This document shows, piece after piece, positions 36,794-47,007 of a stretch of DNA of 64,000 nucleotides. The stretch is from IMG/VR virus record IMGVR_UViG_3300046804_006785, one strand, 5' to 3'. The number at the start of each line of letters is the position of its first letter. Position 1 is the first letter of the stretch. Both the position numbers and the translations under genes were made by a program. This DNA comes from a virus. The notes under the pieces were generated by a model, which made no database searches, was not told the DNA's origin, and saw nothing but the letters and a program-made list of their open reading frames with translations.

Positions 36794-37510
36794 TTAACGC
36801 CAAACAAACACAGTCGTTTTGTCTGCCTGGACTTCCCTGAACTCTTCCTGCCAATACTCAACAGGGAAGTAAGCTAGGAAATCGTAAAACTCATACCGAG
36901 TCAATAACCCTGGATAAGACGGACTTTCTAGCTCATCATGATCAATGCAGTCAAAGTGTATGGGAGTCATTGACTGAGCATTTTCACTCATCCCTAGTTC
37001 TTCCCTTAACGCTCTTTCAGCCGCAATAGCGGGATCTTCATCAATGGTCATTTTCTCTGACAATCTATCGAACCCTCGTTTACGGATGCGACCGTCTTTA
37101 AACTCCTGACGGTCTTCATAAAGTGTCAGTTCCTTATCTAGGCAGATCACCTTAACCCTTGCTACTTTTAAGCAGCGTATAGGCTTATTATCTTCCCATA
37201 TTATTTGGGATTCGCCATTGCTTATCTCATTCCGTAGCGACTGGTAACTTTTAGCTTGACCATGCCCATATTTTTCTAAAGGCAAAACGTTTTTTAAGTC
37301 CTTCACTTTTTTGATCTCAACTTTATAGCCCAAACAATTCAAAGTCTGGTTAATTTTTACCCATGTTTCAGGGTCTTTTTTCATCCACTTTGATAAACGG
37401 TGGTGAACCGTGTCCAGACTTTCTTTTGTCTGGAGTGCTATTTTTTGAGCAGCATCATAGGTGCTGTTGTAGCTGCTCAATATCTTTTTAAGAGTGTGGG
37501 ATAGGGTCAT
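36794..37510 (-). CDS. HTH-like plus NUDIX domain protein
   Basis: EDPAIAAERALREELG NUDIX box. Confidence 0.75.
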   Translation of the reverse strand: MTLSHTLKKILSSYNSTYDAAQKIALQTKESLDTVHHRLSKWMKKDPETWVKINQTLNCLGYKVEIKKVKDLKNVLPLEKYGHGQAKSYQSLRNEISNGESQIIWEDNKPIRCLKVARVKVICLDKELTLYEDRQEFKDGRIRKRGFDRLSEKMTIDEDPAIAAERALREELGMSENAQSMTPIHFDCIDHDELESPSYPGLLTRYEFYDFLAYFPVEYWQEEFREVQADKTTVFVWR

Positions 37511-38022
37511 TAAATTACCCCATACTCTAAGGCTGCTTTGATCACGTTAAAAGAATCAGCAGGTGCTAACTGTTTTAACTTCCCACCACTACGGGGGATG
37601 AGTAGCGCGGTAGGCTGGGAATAGATATGGCATAACGCCTTGATAGGCTGCCATTCTTTACCAGTGGAGTCTTCTAGACTCCAGAAATATTCCCCTGTTT
37701 CACCTTGGGCAATGTCTAATTTTTCGGACTTCACCCATTTAAAACCGTTCTGTCTAAGGACTTCGTTCATATCAGAACGAGTCTCTTTTTGTTTTCTATA
37801 TCCGTTCTTAGCGGATAAACCCGATCCGCGAACCACATTAGCCGCGAATTTAGCTAATACGTCCTCAACTTGATTGATCATTTTACTTTCCAATTTTTCT
37901 AGTTTTCCTTCTAAGATGATAAGAGAGTCAATGAAATACTTTACACCTTTTGCAATCTCGCGCAAACAGGCAGCTATTTGGTTTTTGATAGTGCGAATTT
38001 TGTAAGATAATGTAGTAGTCAT
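37510..38022 (-). CDS. hypothetical protein
   Basis: 170-aa ORF, TAATG coupled. Confidence 0.65.
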   Translation of the reverse strand: MTTTLSYKIRTIKNQIAACLREIAKGVKYFIDSLIILEGKLEKLESKMINQVEDVLAKFAANVVRGSGLSAKNGYRKQKETRSDMNEVLRQNGFKWVKSEKLDIAQGETGEYFWSLEDSTGKEWQPIKALCHIYSQPTALLIPRSGGKLKQLAPADSFNVIKAALEYGVI

Positions 38023-38052
38023 TGTTTTATCTCTTGCTCTCTTATGTAATCC

Positions 38053-38081
38053 ACTATAGATAATTTTCTCTATAATGTCAA
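38053..38081 (-). promoter_or_regulatory. second repeated promoter family
   Basis: TTGACA-N17 (ttatRgagaaa..)-TATAGT; copies at 38874-38902 and 39395-39423. Confidence 0.8.
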
Positions 38082-38147
38082 GTAGTTTTATAAAATAATT
38101 TTTACAAAAAAAAATCCCTAGTTGTTAGCTAGGGAATTTTATTAGTC

Positions 38148-38843
38148 TTAAAAATATCCTTTATCACTCCAAGAACCTATACCAACATCCCCAACGGAAC
38201 CACTGCGTTTAGGAAGAATCTCATCTACATATTCTTGTTCCCAAACTTCTAGTCTGTCAGGAAATATCCGATAGATTTCTTGCTTGTAATGCTTCCTGGT
38301 GACAAGGATTTTTCCATCCTCACCTAAGTCTCGCCAAAATGACTCAACTTTTAGAACTTTTTCAAAGAAAGTATAGGATGCAGTGTAGAAGTTCTCAGGT
38401 TCTACCTTCTTCCCGTTTTCCCAATAATGATCATTAAGATCATAAGCTTGTCCATCCCATTTGGGCTGAACTTTTTTTAACTCTTTATAGGCAGCCAGCC
38501 TATTAAAGATTTTTACTTCTGGTTTTGGTGGCAGTTCTTGTAGCTCAAGCAGTTGAGTTACTTGAATTACTTTTTTTTCTACTACGAAATTTTTTATTTC
38601 TGCAATACCCTCTGCGGGTAATGCAGAAATATCTAGACCTAAAACCCTCGCTTGGAAGGCATTATATATTATATGTGTATCTGAAATTCCCCAATGGAAA
38701 ACTTCTTTAGCTTCCCACCCATCAATTTCTATATATTTTTGGTTAGTTTTTGCGCTTTCATTTAGCGCATTAATTCTCCGACATTTTTGCTCCCAAGCAG
38801 TGAGAGCGTCAAAATCTAATTTAATCGTTTTGGTTAGTTTCAT
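38148..38843 (-). CDS. hypothetical protein
   Basis: 231-aa ORF with its own promoter and terminator. Confidence 0.65.
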   Translation of the reverse strand: MKLTKTIKLDFDALTAWEQKCRRINALNESAKTNQKYIEIDGWEAKEVFHWGISDTHIIYNAFQARVLGLDISALPAEGIAEIKNFVVEKKVIQVTQLLELQELPPKPEVKIFNRLAAYKELKKVQPKWDGQAYDLNDHYWENGKKVEPENFYTASYTFFEKVLKVESFWRDLGEDGKILVTRKHYKQEIYRIFPDRLEVWEQEYVDEILPKRSGSVGDVGIGSWSDKGYF

Positions 38844-38964
38844 TTTGTTTTTTTTTGTTTCTTAACTTCTTATACTATAGAGTAATTTCTCCATAATGTC
38901 AACTACTTTTATAAAATAATTTTAAAGATAAAAAAATCCCTAGTTGTTAGCTAGGGATTCTCAA

Positions 38965-39174
38965 TTATAGATACATAATGCCGTCTTTGAAAAAGATTTC
39001 AGTTACCTGGAGGGTATATCGGGTAAAGTTTTTATCCGCGTACGCATCATTTCCATCTAAAAAGCCCTGATCCACGCCTTTTTGATAAGCGTGTTTTTCA
39101 GATTTAGCAAGCACAATGCATTTGCATTCATGCTTGCCATGATAATCCTGTTTTTCAACTAAGTAATATTGCAT
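38965..39174 (-). CDS. hypothetical protein
   Basis: AAGGAG RBS. Confidence 0.6.
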   Translation of the reverse strand: MQYYLVEKQDYHGKHECKCIVLAKSEKHAYQKGVDQGFLDGNDAYADKNFTRYTLQVTEIFFKDGIMYL

Positions 39175-39185
39175 TTTTTTCTCCT

Positions 39186-39362
39186 TTATAGGTATTCAAA
39201 GCTCACGACACCTTGCCCACCGTGTGCTTCACGAAAAGAAATCTTTTCCGAGATGTTTAATTCCTTTTCAACAATCTTTTCGGCAACAACATGATTGCCA
39301 ATGTGTAGATATACTTTGATTTTTTTGTTGTTGTTGCTTAAATTCCAGTTTAAGTAATTCAT
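39186..39362 (-). CDS. small hypothetical protein (58 aa, not in the ORF track)
   Basis: MNYLNWNL...SFEYL; GAGG RBS; downstream of promoter 39395-39423. Confidence 0.5.
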   Translation of the reverse strand: MNYLNWNLSNNNKKIKVYLHIGNHVVAEKIVEKELNISEKISFREAHGGQGVVSFEYL

Positions 39363-39490
39363 TTTTGGTTTCCTCTGTTTCCTTAACTCTCTATACTATA
39401 GATTAATTTCTCTATAATGTCAATACCTAAAATAAAAATATTTTTTATACAAAAAAACCCGCCATTGCTGACGGGCTACTCTTAGCTTAA

Positions 39491-39799
39491 CTACACGCTG
39501 TAATTGAACGTGTTCTCATCATAAGTATCTACTTGCTGCCACTCGATCATTTGGAAACAGTTAGCGCGGCGTTCTGCAAGTATCAAAGCCTTTCTAATGT
39601 CTTTGTGCCTTAGTTTTGGATTATGCACATTTGATCCATTAATTAGAACTTGGTACTTGCCATTTTCCCAAATAACCCCGGCTGTACCATTAAATAGTCG
39701 CGCTTCAAAAGCGTGATTGTCATGTTGATGAAATGTAGTATTTTCATCATTGAAAATACCTAGAGATAAAACTTGGTTTTGAAATTCTTGTAGTGTCAT
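39491..39799 (-). CDS. hypothetical protein
   Basis: AAGGAG RBS. Confidence 0.6.
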   Translation of the reverse strand: MTLQEFQNQVLSLGIFNDENTTFHQHDNHAFEARLFNGTAGVIWENGKYQVLINGSNVHNPKLRHKDIRKALILAERRANCFQMIEWQQVDTYDENTFNYSV

Positions 39800-39979
39800 A
39801 AGTTACTCCTTTATGATGTTTTCCCCTTCGTAGGGGATAAATGCGGTCGCTAGGTATATAATCATGCGGCTTATTTCTTACTAAAATCTATGCGTGTTTG
39901 TTGTCAACCGCTAGAGTACAAGTAACTTTTGCTGCTTATACTCTAGCGGATGCGGAACTCTTTAGTTCCGCGATTGTGA

Positions 39980-40771
39980 CTACTCATCTTTTATGTAAGA
40001 GATTAAGTCGTTTGAAAACACGACTTGATAATCTATGTCAAACGACAGATATTCCTCACCTTCGTCTTCACCCCAAAAATTTAACTGTGATTTCCAGTAC
40101 CACTTAGAATGGTGATCTAACTTGTAAGCTAATAACTCAGGCGGCTCTTCTTGCATAAGAGCATAAGGAAATGGTGTATCTGTAGTTATTTCATGAGCAA
40201 CGTAACGATTTACTTCCCCCCATGAAAGGGAATAAACATATTTATACTCATTTGAAGTTATAACTTCAAATGAGATATTATCTTTTTTAAACGATTTATT
40301 AATTTTTTCAAGCATATTTTCTCTAACTGGAAATGCTTGAACTACGGACAATTTTTCATTAGTAGCTGAATAGAAATACATATTACGTCTTGTATTAGCT
40401 AAAGACATATAACCTTTAGCTCTAACAAAAACTAAAGGAGAATCGTTTAATTTTTCAGATTCTTGCTGTTGTGCAAGAAAATTATCATTGTCAAATTTTT
40501 CTTCAGCCTCTCTATATTCTCTTTCAATATTAGTTTCCCAATACCCTGTTTGTTTTTCATTCAAAAGACGTTCATACCAAGTGTTGTCCGGTAACACTTC
40601 AGAAGTTACCAATTCTTTTTTAATGTCTTTAATCATTAATTTCGCTTTTTTAAAACCTGTTTTCATATTATTCTTCCTTTTCTTAACTTGCCTCATCAGT
40701 ACCCAAGTGGTAATCTTGGATATACGGGATTGCTCCCGTTTCGGCTTAATCTCTACCACGTTGGTAGTCAT
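39980..40771 (-). CDS. hypothetical protein
   Basis: 263-aa ORF. Confidence 0.6.
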   Translation of the reverse strand: MTTNVVEIKPKREQSRISKITTWVLMRQVKKRKNNMKTGFKKAKLMIKDIKKELVTSEVLPDNTWYERLLNEKQTGYWETNIEREYREAEEKFDNDNFLAQQQESEKLNDSPLVFVRAKGYMSLANTRRNMYFYSATNEKLSVVQAFPVRENMLEKINKSFKKDNISFEVITSNEYKYVYSLSWGEVNRYVAHEITTDTPFPYALMQEEPPELLAYKLDHHSKWYWKSQLNFWGEDEGEEYLSFDIDYQVVFSNDLISYIKDE

Positions 40772-41108
40772 TTGAACTACCTAGTGATGGTGTAGACCTT
40801 CCTGACATTCTTGGGTTGTATCTAGCTAAGGCTGAAAGTAGTGAATATAGAAATTCATCAGATTCAGATTGATCTGAGTTTCCTAACTCATTTACTTCAT
40901 AATTCATAGACATATAAAGTGAATCTTCGCCATTTTCTTGAATTTTTGCTTCATGACCTAGTTGTTCTGGTTCAAACCATGTTTTATCAATTGTGCAGTT
41001 ATTCCACTGCACGTTTAATGACAAATATCTTTCATTGCATACTGGATATTTAGTTAAATCAGCAATAACTTGATTAAAGTGTTTAGATGGAATTTGTACT
41101 AATGTCAT
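40746..41108 (-). CDS. hypothetical protein
   Basis: AAGGAG RBS and upstream promoter. Confidence 0.6.
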   Translation of the reverse strand: MTLVQIPSKHFNQVIADLTKYPVCNERYLSLNVQWNNCTIDKTWFEPEQLGHEAKIQENGEDSLYMSMNYEVNELGNSDQSESDEFLYSLLSALARYNPRMSGRSTPSLGSSNDYQRGRD

Positions 41109-41432
41109 AACCTTTGTCTCCTTGTGGTTTTTCTTGTTTACCTTATGTTTATAACTATAACAGCTATTAAAATTAATGTCAAGCGTTTTTTAAAATAAAT
41201 TTTTGACTTCCTTAAAATAGCTGTCAGACACCCAGCACAGATTTAATATATTCGGTAAAATAGCGTCAAGCAATACCCTCTCATGCGAATGAGGAAAAAT
41301 AAGCAAATAAAAAACCACACCTATAGCCAATGTGGTTTTTAATACAGTCTATAATCCTTCCGTCATGATATCAGCAATGTCTTGTGCTATATCTGCTAAG
41401 TCTACTTCGGCAACCTGGTAAGCGATCAAACT

Positions 41433-41834
41433 TTAAAAAATCTTAATTAGTGCCTTTTTAGCGTTTTTAGTATGTTTTGATATTCGCTCCATTATTTGAC
41501 GTGCATCAGTTTGAGGTTCATAACTTTCACACTTAAGATAATTCTTAGGCAAAATTATATACATTAGAGGAAAAGCATATACCATTGCAGGTATATGGTG
41601 AAAGATCGTCTCCTTTCCTAGATGTTCACTGAAATTTGTTTCTACGAACAAGTTAATATCTTCTAAAATATTAAATGTCTGTTTCTTTTCAATTTTTGTT
41701 ATAGATTCGGAAGAGTTTATAAACTCCACAGCGATAACGTCTATTAGGTAGTCTCCTCTGATTATGGAGACATGAGCATTAGTTAAGTTAATGATTTCTT
41801 GATGAAACTCTTTAAGATATTGTTCTATTTTCAT
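41433..41834 (-). CDS. hypothetical protein
   Basis: 133-aa ORF. Confidence 0.55.
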   Translation of the reverse strand: MKIEQYLKEFHQEIINLTNAHVSIIRGDYLIDVIAVEFINSSESITKIEKKQTFNILEDINLFVETNFSEHLGKETIFHHIPAMVYAFPLMYIILPKNYLKCESYEPQTDARQIMERISKHTKNAKKALIKIF

Positions 41835-41947
41835 GTTAAGCCTTTGTTTTTTTTAAATATAACAGATATTAAAACTAATGTCAGGTATTCTATAAAGTAA
41901 GTTTAATATATATCTAAATCGCTCACCGGATTGGCAAGCGATCACAC

Positions 41948-42901
41948 CTAAGAATTTTCTAAATATTCCCCTAACTTTGCAAAACAAATTTTGCCCAACC
42001 GTCTTAATGTGCATAACTTAAACTCTTGGTTGGTTGCTTTTGCGATTAAGATAGCACAACAACCAAATAGTTGATAAAACTTGACTTCTGAAATTATTGT
42101 AGCCTCTTCAGGTATCTGTACATTAGCTTTTAGTGCATCTAAAGTTGATTGTCCTGGATATTCTAAAACTGCTAAGATTTCCAGGACTAAATAATCAACC
42201 GCCCAAGCATAAGTAGCTTTATGGCTGCTTTCAAAGTCTAATATAAATGCAGCAACAGAATAATTATGATCCTGAATAGTTGTCTCTGATGTGATTTTAG
42301 GATTAGTTGCTAAAAAGTTTTCAAACTTAGTTATGATCTCATTGTTAATATTAAGTTTGTCTTCTTTAGGTACTGGTAACTTACCACCCCTATTATAAAT
42401 CTCACCATATTTCTCATCTAAGTAATCAGCTATCATAAAAAAACATTCCTCACCTAGTGTGGTAATCATGTTTAATTTAGCTTTTTTGTTGATATCAAAT
42501 TTATGGGAAATGTTACCGTAAATATTCCCATAAATAAAAAATCCGACTACACTGAAAAACTTTTTTAGACTTACTGTAGACTCTAAGATATTTCCAGTGT
42601 AAAGACTCTCACCTGTGATAGCTTCCCACAGTGTGATTTTTTCATGCTTTTGTTGGGTGGCGTGGGGATGACCAAACCATCTAAGTAACTGCTCTAAAAA
42701 GTAAGAACATTCCAGGCGTTGCACTTGTCTATTATCATCAGGAAATGCAAACTTAAATAAATCATACTCAAAATAAGTTGATGATTTGACTCTATAAGTA
42801 TGCCTAATAATTATAAAATTATCACAGGGTTTATGTTTAAGCATACTTTGGATGTGTGCAACGCCTAACTGTAATTCCGCTTTTTCTAAGTTGATGTTCA
42901 T
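41948..42901 (-). CDS. hypothetical protein
   Basis: 317-aa ORF coupled to the RuvC-like gene. Confidence 0.6.
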   Translation of the reverse strand: MNINLEKAELQLGVAHIQSMLKHKPCDNFIIIRHTYRVKSSTYFEYDLFKFAFPDDNRQVQRLECSYFLEQLLRWFGHPHATQQKHEKITLWEAITGESLYTGNILESTVSLKKFFSVVGFFIYGNIYGNISHKFDINKKAKLNMITTLGEECFFMIADYLDEKYGEIYNRGGKLPVPKEDKLNINNEIITKFENFLATNPKITSETTIQDHNYSVAAFILDFESSHKATYAWAVDYLVLEILAVLEYPGQSTLDALKANVQIPEEATIISEVKFYQLFGCCAILIAKATNQEFKLCTLRRLGKICFAKLGEYLENS

Positions 42902-43446
42902 TATTTTTTCTTAGTAGTTTTTGTTGGTTTTGCAGTCATAGCTAATCTGGCAAATTGAGCCAGCATATAACTTTCAGCTAAGTTATCCGAAGCTTCTTTT
43001 GTTCCATCACGTTTGTTAGTCCAGGCATTATCAGGAATTACTAAACCCATGTTTAGGGCTGTAATAACGGACTTCTTTTTATTGGCATCAAGTCCAAAAG
43101 GTTTTTTCCAAACTTGTACATCAATACTTGCTATTTCTATTGTTGGTTCAGCTTGGATTTGGGCTATTAAATTTAGACAAGATCCGAAAGTCTGTATACC
43201 TTTCGCGCCTTTGTAAGTGTTGTTGGTTGCACTACTTGAACTTCTAACTTTTTCGGCAACCATGATAATTTTAGGAAACTTTCTTAACTCATCCATGACT
43301 GCACAAATGTTAATCATGGAGTTGCCATAATCCTTAAGTTTGATTAGTGGTAACTTAAATAATAATTCTGTGCCACCATCTTTATTTAAAATTACGATCC
43401 AACTATCTTGTACCTGTGAATCAAAGCCACCATAAAATGTGTCCAT
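42901..43446 (-). CDS. RuvC-like Holliday junction resolvase
   Basis: YGGFD, MVAEKV, VWKKPFGL, DNLAESYMLA. Confidence 0.75.
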   Translation of the reverse strand: MDTFYGGFDSQVQDSWIVILNKDGGTELLFKLPLIKLKDYGNSMINICAVMDELRKFPKIIMVAEKVRSSSSATNNTYKGAKGIQTFGSCLNLIAQIQAEPTIEIASIDVQVWKKPFGLDANKKKSVITALNMGLVIPDNAWTNKRDGTKEASDNLAESYMLAQFARLAMTAKPTKTTKKK

Positions 43447-43562
43447 GTTGTTTTATATGAAAAGATAAAATAATAGTAGCATTATTATATTGATTGTACA
43501 AATACAAAAAAAAACCGCAAGTATTAAAACTTACGGTTAGAAAGACTAATTGGAAGATTTTG

Positions 43563-44633
43563 TTAAAAAGCGGATGCTAATTGCTTAACGTCAATTGTTG
43601 CGGAGTCTGCTGCTAATAACTGTGGCAGTCTAAAGTTTATGTACTTTTGACCTGCATCAAGGTTGGTGAAAACTCTACCTTTAGGACTGTAGCCATTGGC
43701 TACTTTTTCTATTGCTTCTAAGGTCATTAACGCTTTTCCGCCCATACCTTTGCCAGCAATGGCTAATAGTGGACTTGCACCATCACCCATGTTAATAATA
43801 GCTTTACCAAAGAATGACCCTTTAGAAGCGGTCACGAAATATACGGATTTATCCGTCAAGGATACTGCACGGAATTTCCAGTTTTGGATTCTGGCTTTTT
43901 CTCCCGAATCTTTTTTGGTTATTTCCTTGTCTTCCCATTCTATCTGAGAGATTTCGTAAGCACCCAAGGGTAACTCTTTCAGTTGAGCATATTGGAACGC
44001 TTCACCAACTTTGCCCACGTAAGGTGAAGACACTATAGCTTTATAAAGGTCTTCTAGTTCGCCATTGGAACTATTGAAAATTTCAACAAGCTTTTGCTGC
44101 GCGTTTTCATGATCGCGGCTGTAAGATAAAATGAATGACAACATTTTGCTGTTGTCTTTAGCTCGGACAATCTTAGTTGGGTCTTTTTCGCTGGGTTTAG
44201 CGGAATTAAGGTTAAATGTGAATCCTGCAAAGTGTTTAACGGACTTATCCGCTTGTTGAACCTCAAAGACTGAATCTTCTATAGAACAGCTTACGCTTTC
44301 CATGACTTCATACACAGAAGCTAAATCTAGTTTCCAATCTCCCAAAATGAAATATAGCTGATTGTTTCCATCAGCATCTTTGTCTACTTTAAAGCTAGGA
44401 GAAAGTGCATACTTGACCTGCATCTCCTTATCTAAGGCAAATTTCAGGACTTCTACATCGTCTTGAATTTTGAAAATGTCTGCTAAAGCTACAATACTAG
44501 CTGCACCTAAACCGGGTGCTGTTTTTAAATCAGCTAATTTCAACCCATAAATGCCAGGCTTAAAACTATTGTAATCAAAATTGTCAAAAAGAATAGTGTC
44601 GTAGTCGCGGAATGTTTCAGAAGAGAGTAACAT
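43563..44633 (-). CDS. hypothetical protein in the replication/recombination cluster
   Basis: 356-aa ORF between the resolvase and helicase genes. Confidence 0.65.
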   Translation of the reverse strand: MLLSSETFRDYDTILFDNFDYNSFKPGIYGLKLADLKTAPGLGAASIVALADIFKIQDDVEVLKFALDKEMQVKYALSPSFKVDKDADGNNQLYFILGDWKLDLASVYEVMESVSCSIEDSVFEVQQADKSVKHFAGFTFNLNSAKPSEKDPTKIVRAKDNSKMLSFILSYSRDHENAQQKLVEIFNSSNGELEDLYKAIVSSPYVGKVGEAFQYAQLKELPLGAYEISQIEWEDKEITKKDSGEKARIQNWKFRAVSLTDKSVYFVTASKGSFFGKAIINMGDGASPLLAIAGKGMGGKALMTLEAIEKVANGYSPKGRVFTNLDAGQKYINFRLPQLLAADSATIDVKQLASAF

Positions 44634-44783
44634 AGTTTTTGGCTTTGATTTTAGGAAATGATTAATGATTTGGGAAAAAGGTTTTTGATTTAATATGTGG
44701 ATAATTGTTTTATCCCATATTTTTATAATAGCCGCCTTATTTTATAATGTCAAGTAAAATACTCGACTTTCTATAAAATATTT

Positions 44784-46988
44784 TTAGGCTACTTGACGGA
44801 TTTTGGTGTTCTCTTTCATGTATCTATCGTTAAACTCTATACACAGTATACCAAACTCAGCACTTAGTTCTCTAAATACATCTTTATTAGATCCTTCTTT
44901 TTTGGTATACTTTGACCATAGGAAATGGCGATATTTTAAATAGTTGCCATACGTAGGATTTTCCCCAAAAATTGCGTGTTTTTTCCAATCCTTACCTATT
45001 TCTACATCCTCATACATTTTACGCATCTGCATATATGCCCAGCCTGGAGCATATTCCTTCACTAACACACCAATTTTAAGCAGATTGCGGTAGATATCCC
45101 GTTGACTTAAACCACCACTGCTAGATATCTCTAAGAATTTAATACCCTCGGTTGATTGGTTTTCTGCCATTTCTCGCAGTTTTTTCAATGCACGATCCGC
45201 AGCTTTGATTGTTTCACCATCCCGTAAGAATTTACTGGCTACGCCTTCAAAATGTTGGATCTGGGAATACACTACGTGATTATGTAAATTAAGCGTTTCA
45301 GCTAGTTCTACCAGTTTGTATGTTTGCAGTTGTAGTTTTTCTATGGGTAACGGGTCATTTTTAAATACAAAACCACTGATTGCGCTTTTAAGCGATACTA
45401 AACATCTGTTTAAATCTAATTTTTGGGTTTGATCCTTAATTGGTAATTTATTGCACTGGTCTGTTATTTGTTGATGATGCGCTTGTAACTCTTTTAAAAG
45501 TTCATCATCAATGTTAAAATATCCTTCACTATTCGCCCAAGCTAATAGGCGTTGTGTTAATTCGTCTAATTCCTCTTCTGCTGTTTTTTCCTTAGCTTTT
45601 GGTAATTCCTCGCCACAAATGTAGCAATTTTTCATTGCACGTCCGTTTACTGTTCCGCAATGCTCACAGATTTTGCCATCTTTAGGTGTTGGAATAATAC
45701 ATTTAGGATCTGTTAGATCCCATGTTGTGATCATGTCTGGTAAGGCATCAGCAAAGTACGGATTTGAGCATAAGTCAAATACATTACAATGCGTCTTACC
45801 AGTTTTAGTAGATGGTCTTAAACCACGTCCAAATATTTGTATGAACAGAGCGTACCCTGCCATACTAAATGTTCTTAATAGAACGATATTTTCAACACTT
45901 GGTTCATCGAATCCAATGGCTAGACAGGTGACTGTAAACAGAATTGCTTTCCGTTCTCTAAACTTGCTAAAAGCAGCTACTCTATCCTCTAAAGATGTTT
46001 TGTCACAAACTAGGATAAGCTCTCTATTTATGCCAACTTCTTGCATTTTATCCCTAAAATAATCCATATACTTTAAGGCTATTTTTTGCTTACTAAAAAA
46101 GAAAATAGTCTGCTCATCAAATACAGATTTTATCTGCTTACCACTATCTAAATGTGCAGTCGGATTATGCAAATATTCCCAAGAATCACTAGGACTAAAC
46201 ATTTTATCCAGGATAGCTAATTCTTCAGCCTCACTAAAGTCTGTTGATCTTAATGCTTGTTTCCTTTCTAATACTCCCAACGGATAATAAAAATAAGGAC
46301 AATTAAAACCCGTTTCTATTAATTCCTTAGTCGTCACTACTTGATAGTGTTTGACCCCTTGGGGATATTCTGCACCATCACCTCGCCAAGGTGTCGCTGT
46401 TAGCAATACTTCGTTAGCTTCTTTATTGTGCTTATACTCAGATAGTTTTGATTGTAATTCCCGTCTGAAATAGGACAGATGGGACTCATCAAAAAAGATA
46501 ATCTTAAATGGTAAATCTGGGAATCCTCTAAACTCTATTGTTTGCGCCATAGCTACAACTACCTTGATGTTTGAGTAGTCTTTAGTGGTAGGTTTACCAC
46601 CAGCGTAGTAAGCTATTTCAGATTTAGGAAAATGTTTTAATTTGCAATACTGCTCATATTGTTCTTTAACTGATTGAATGTATGGGTTTTTACCTTCGGG
46701 GTCTTGAGCAATGACCATTTCATACATTTTTTTAGTCCCTTTAAATCCTTTACAGATCAAGGTAGTCACAAATTGATCTAGTAAAGATGTATAAGGAACT
46801 ATGATCAAACTTTTGTAATCATTTTGGTGGAGTAGCCAGCTAATTTGTGCTGCGATCACAGTCTTACCTGCACCGCACCCAGCGATTAAACTTGCTCTTT
46901 TATGTGGTGTTTGTCCCCAAAATACTTCTGAACAATGATCAATAGCTTGATCTTGATAGCCTCTTGTTTGTAGTGTTAATTGTGTCAT
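44784..46988 (-). CDS. SF2 DEAD/DEAH-box helicase with zinc ribbon
   Basis: AGCGAGKT, FDESH, TATP, QIFGRGLR, CxxC...CxxC. Confidence 0.9.
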   Translation of the reverse strand: MTQLTLQTRGYQDQAIDHCSEVFWGQTPHKRASLIAGCGAGKTVIAAQISWLLHQNDYKSLIIVPYTSLLDQFVTTLICKGFKGTKKMYEMVIAQDPEGKNPYIQSVKEQYEQYCKLKHFPKSEIAYYAGGKPTTKDYSNIKVVVAMAQTIEFRGFPDLPFKIIFFDESHLSYFRRELQSKLSEYKHNKEANEVLLTATPWRGDGAEYPQGVKHYQVVTTKELIETGFNCPYFYYPLGVLERKQALRSTDFSEAEELAILDKMFSPSDSWEYLHNPTAHLDSGKQIKSVFDEQTIFFFSKQKIALKYMDYFRDKMQEVGINRELILVCDKTSLEDRVAAFSKFRERKAILFTVTCLAIGFDEPSVENIVLLRTFSMAGYALFIQIFGRGLRPSTKTGKTHCNVFDLCSNPYFADALPDMITTWDLTDPKCIIPTPKDGKICEHCGTVNGRAMKNCYICGEELPKAKEKTAEEELDELTQRLLAWANSEGYFNIDDELLKELQAHHQQITDQCNKLPIKDQTQKLDLNRCLVSLKSAISGFVFKNDPLPIEKLQLQTYKLVELAETLNLHNHVVYSQIQHFEGVASKFLRDGETIKAADRALKKLREMAENQSTEGIKFLEISSSGGLSQRDIYRNLLKIGVLVKEYAPGWAYMQMRKMYEDVEIGKDWKKHAIFGENPTYGNYLKYRHFLWSKYTKKEGSNKDVFRELSAEFGILCIEFNDRYMKENTKIRQVA

Positions 46989-47007
46989 TTTATCTTTTTA
47001 TCCTTTA

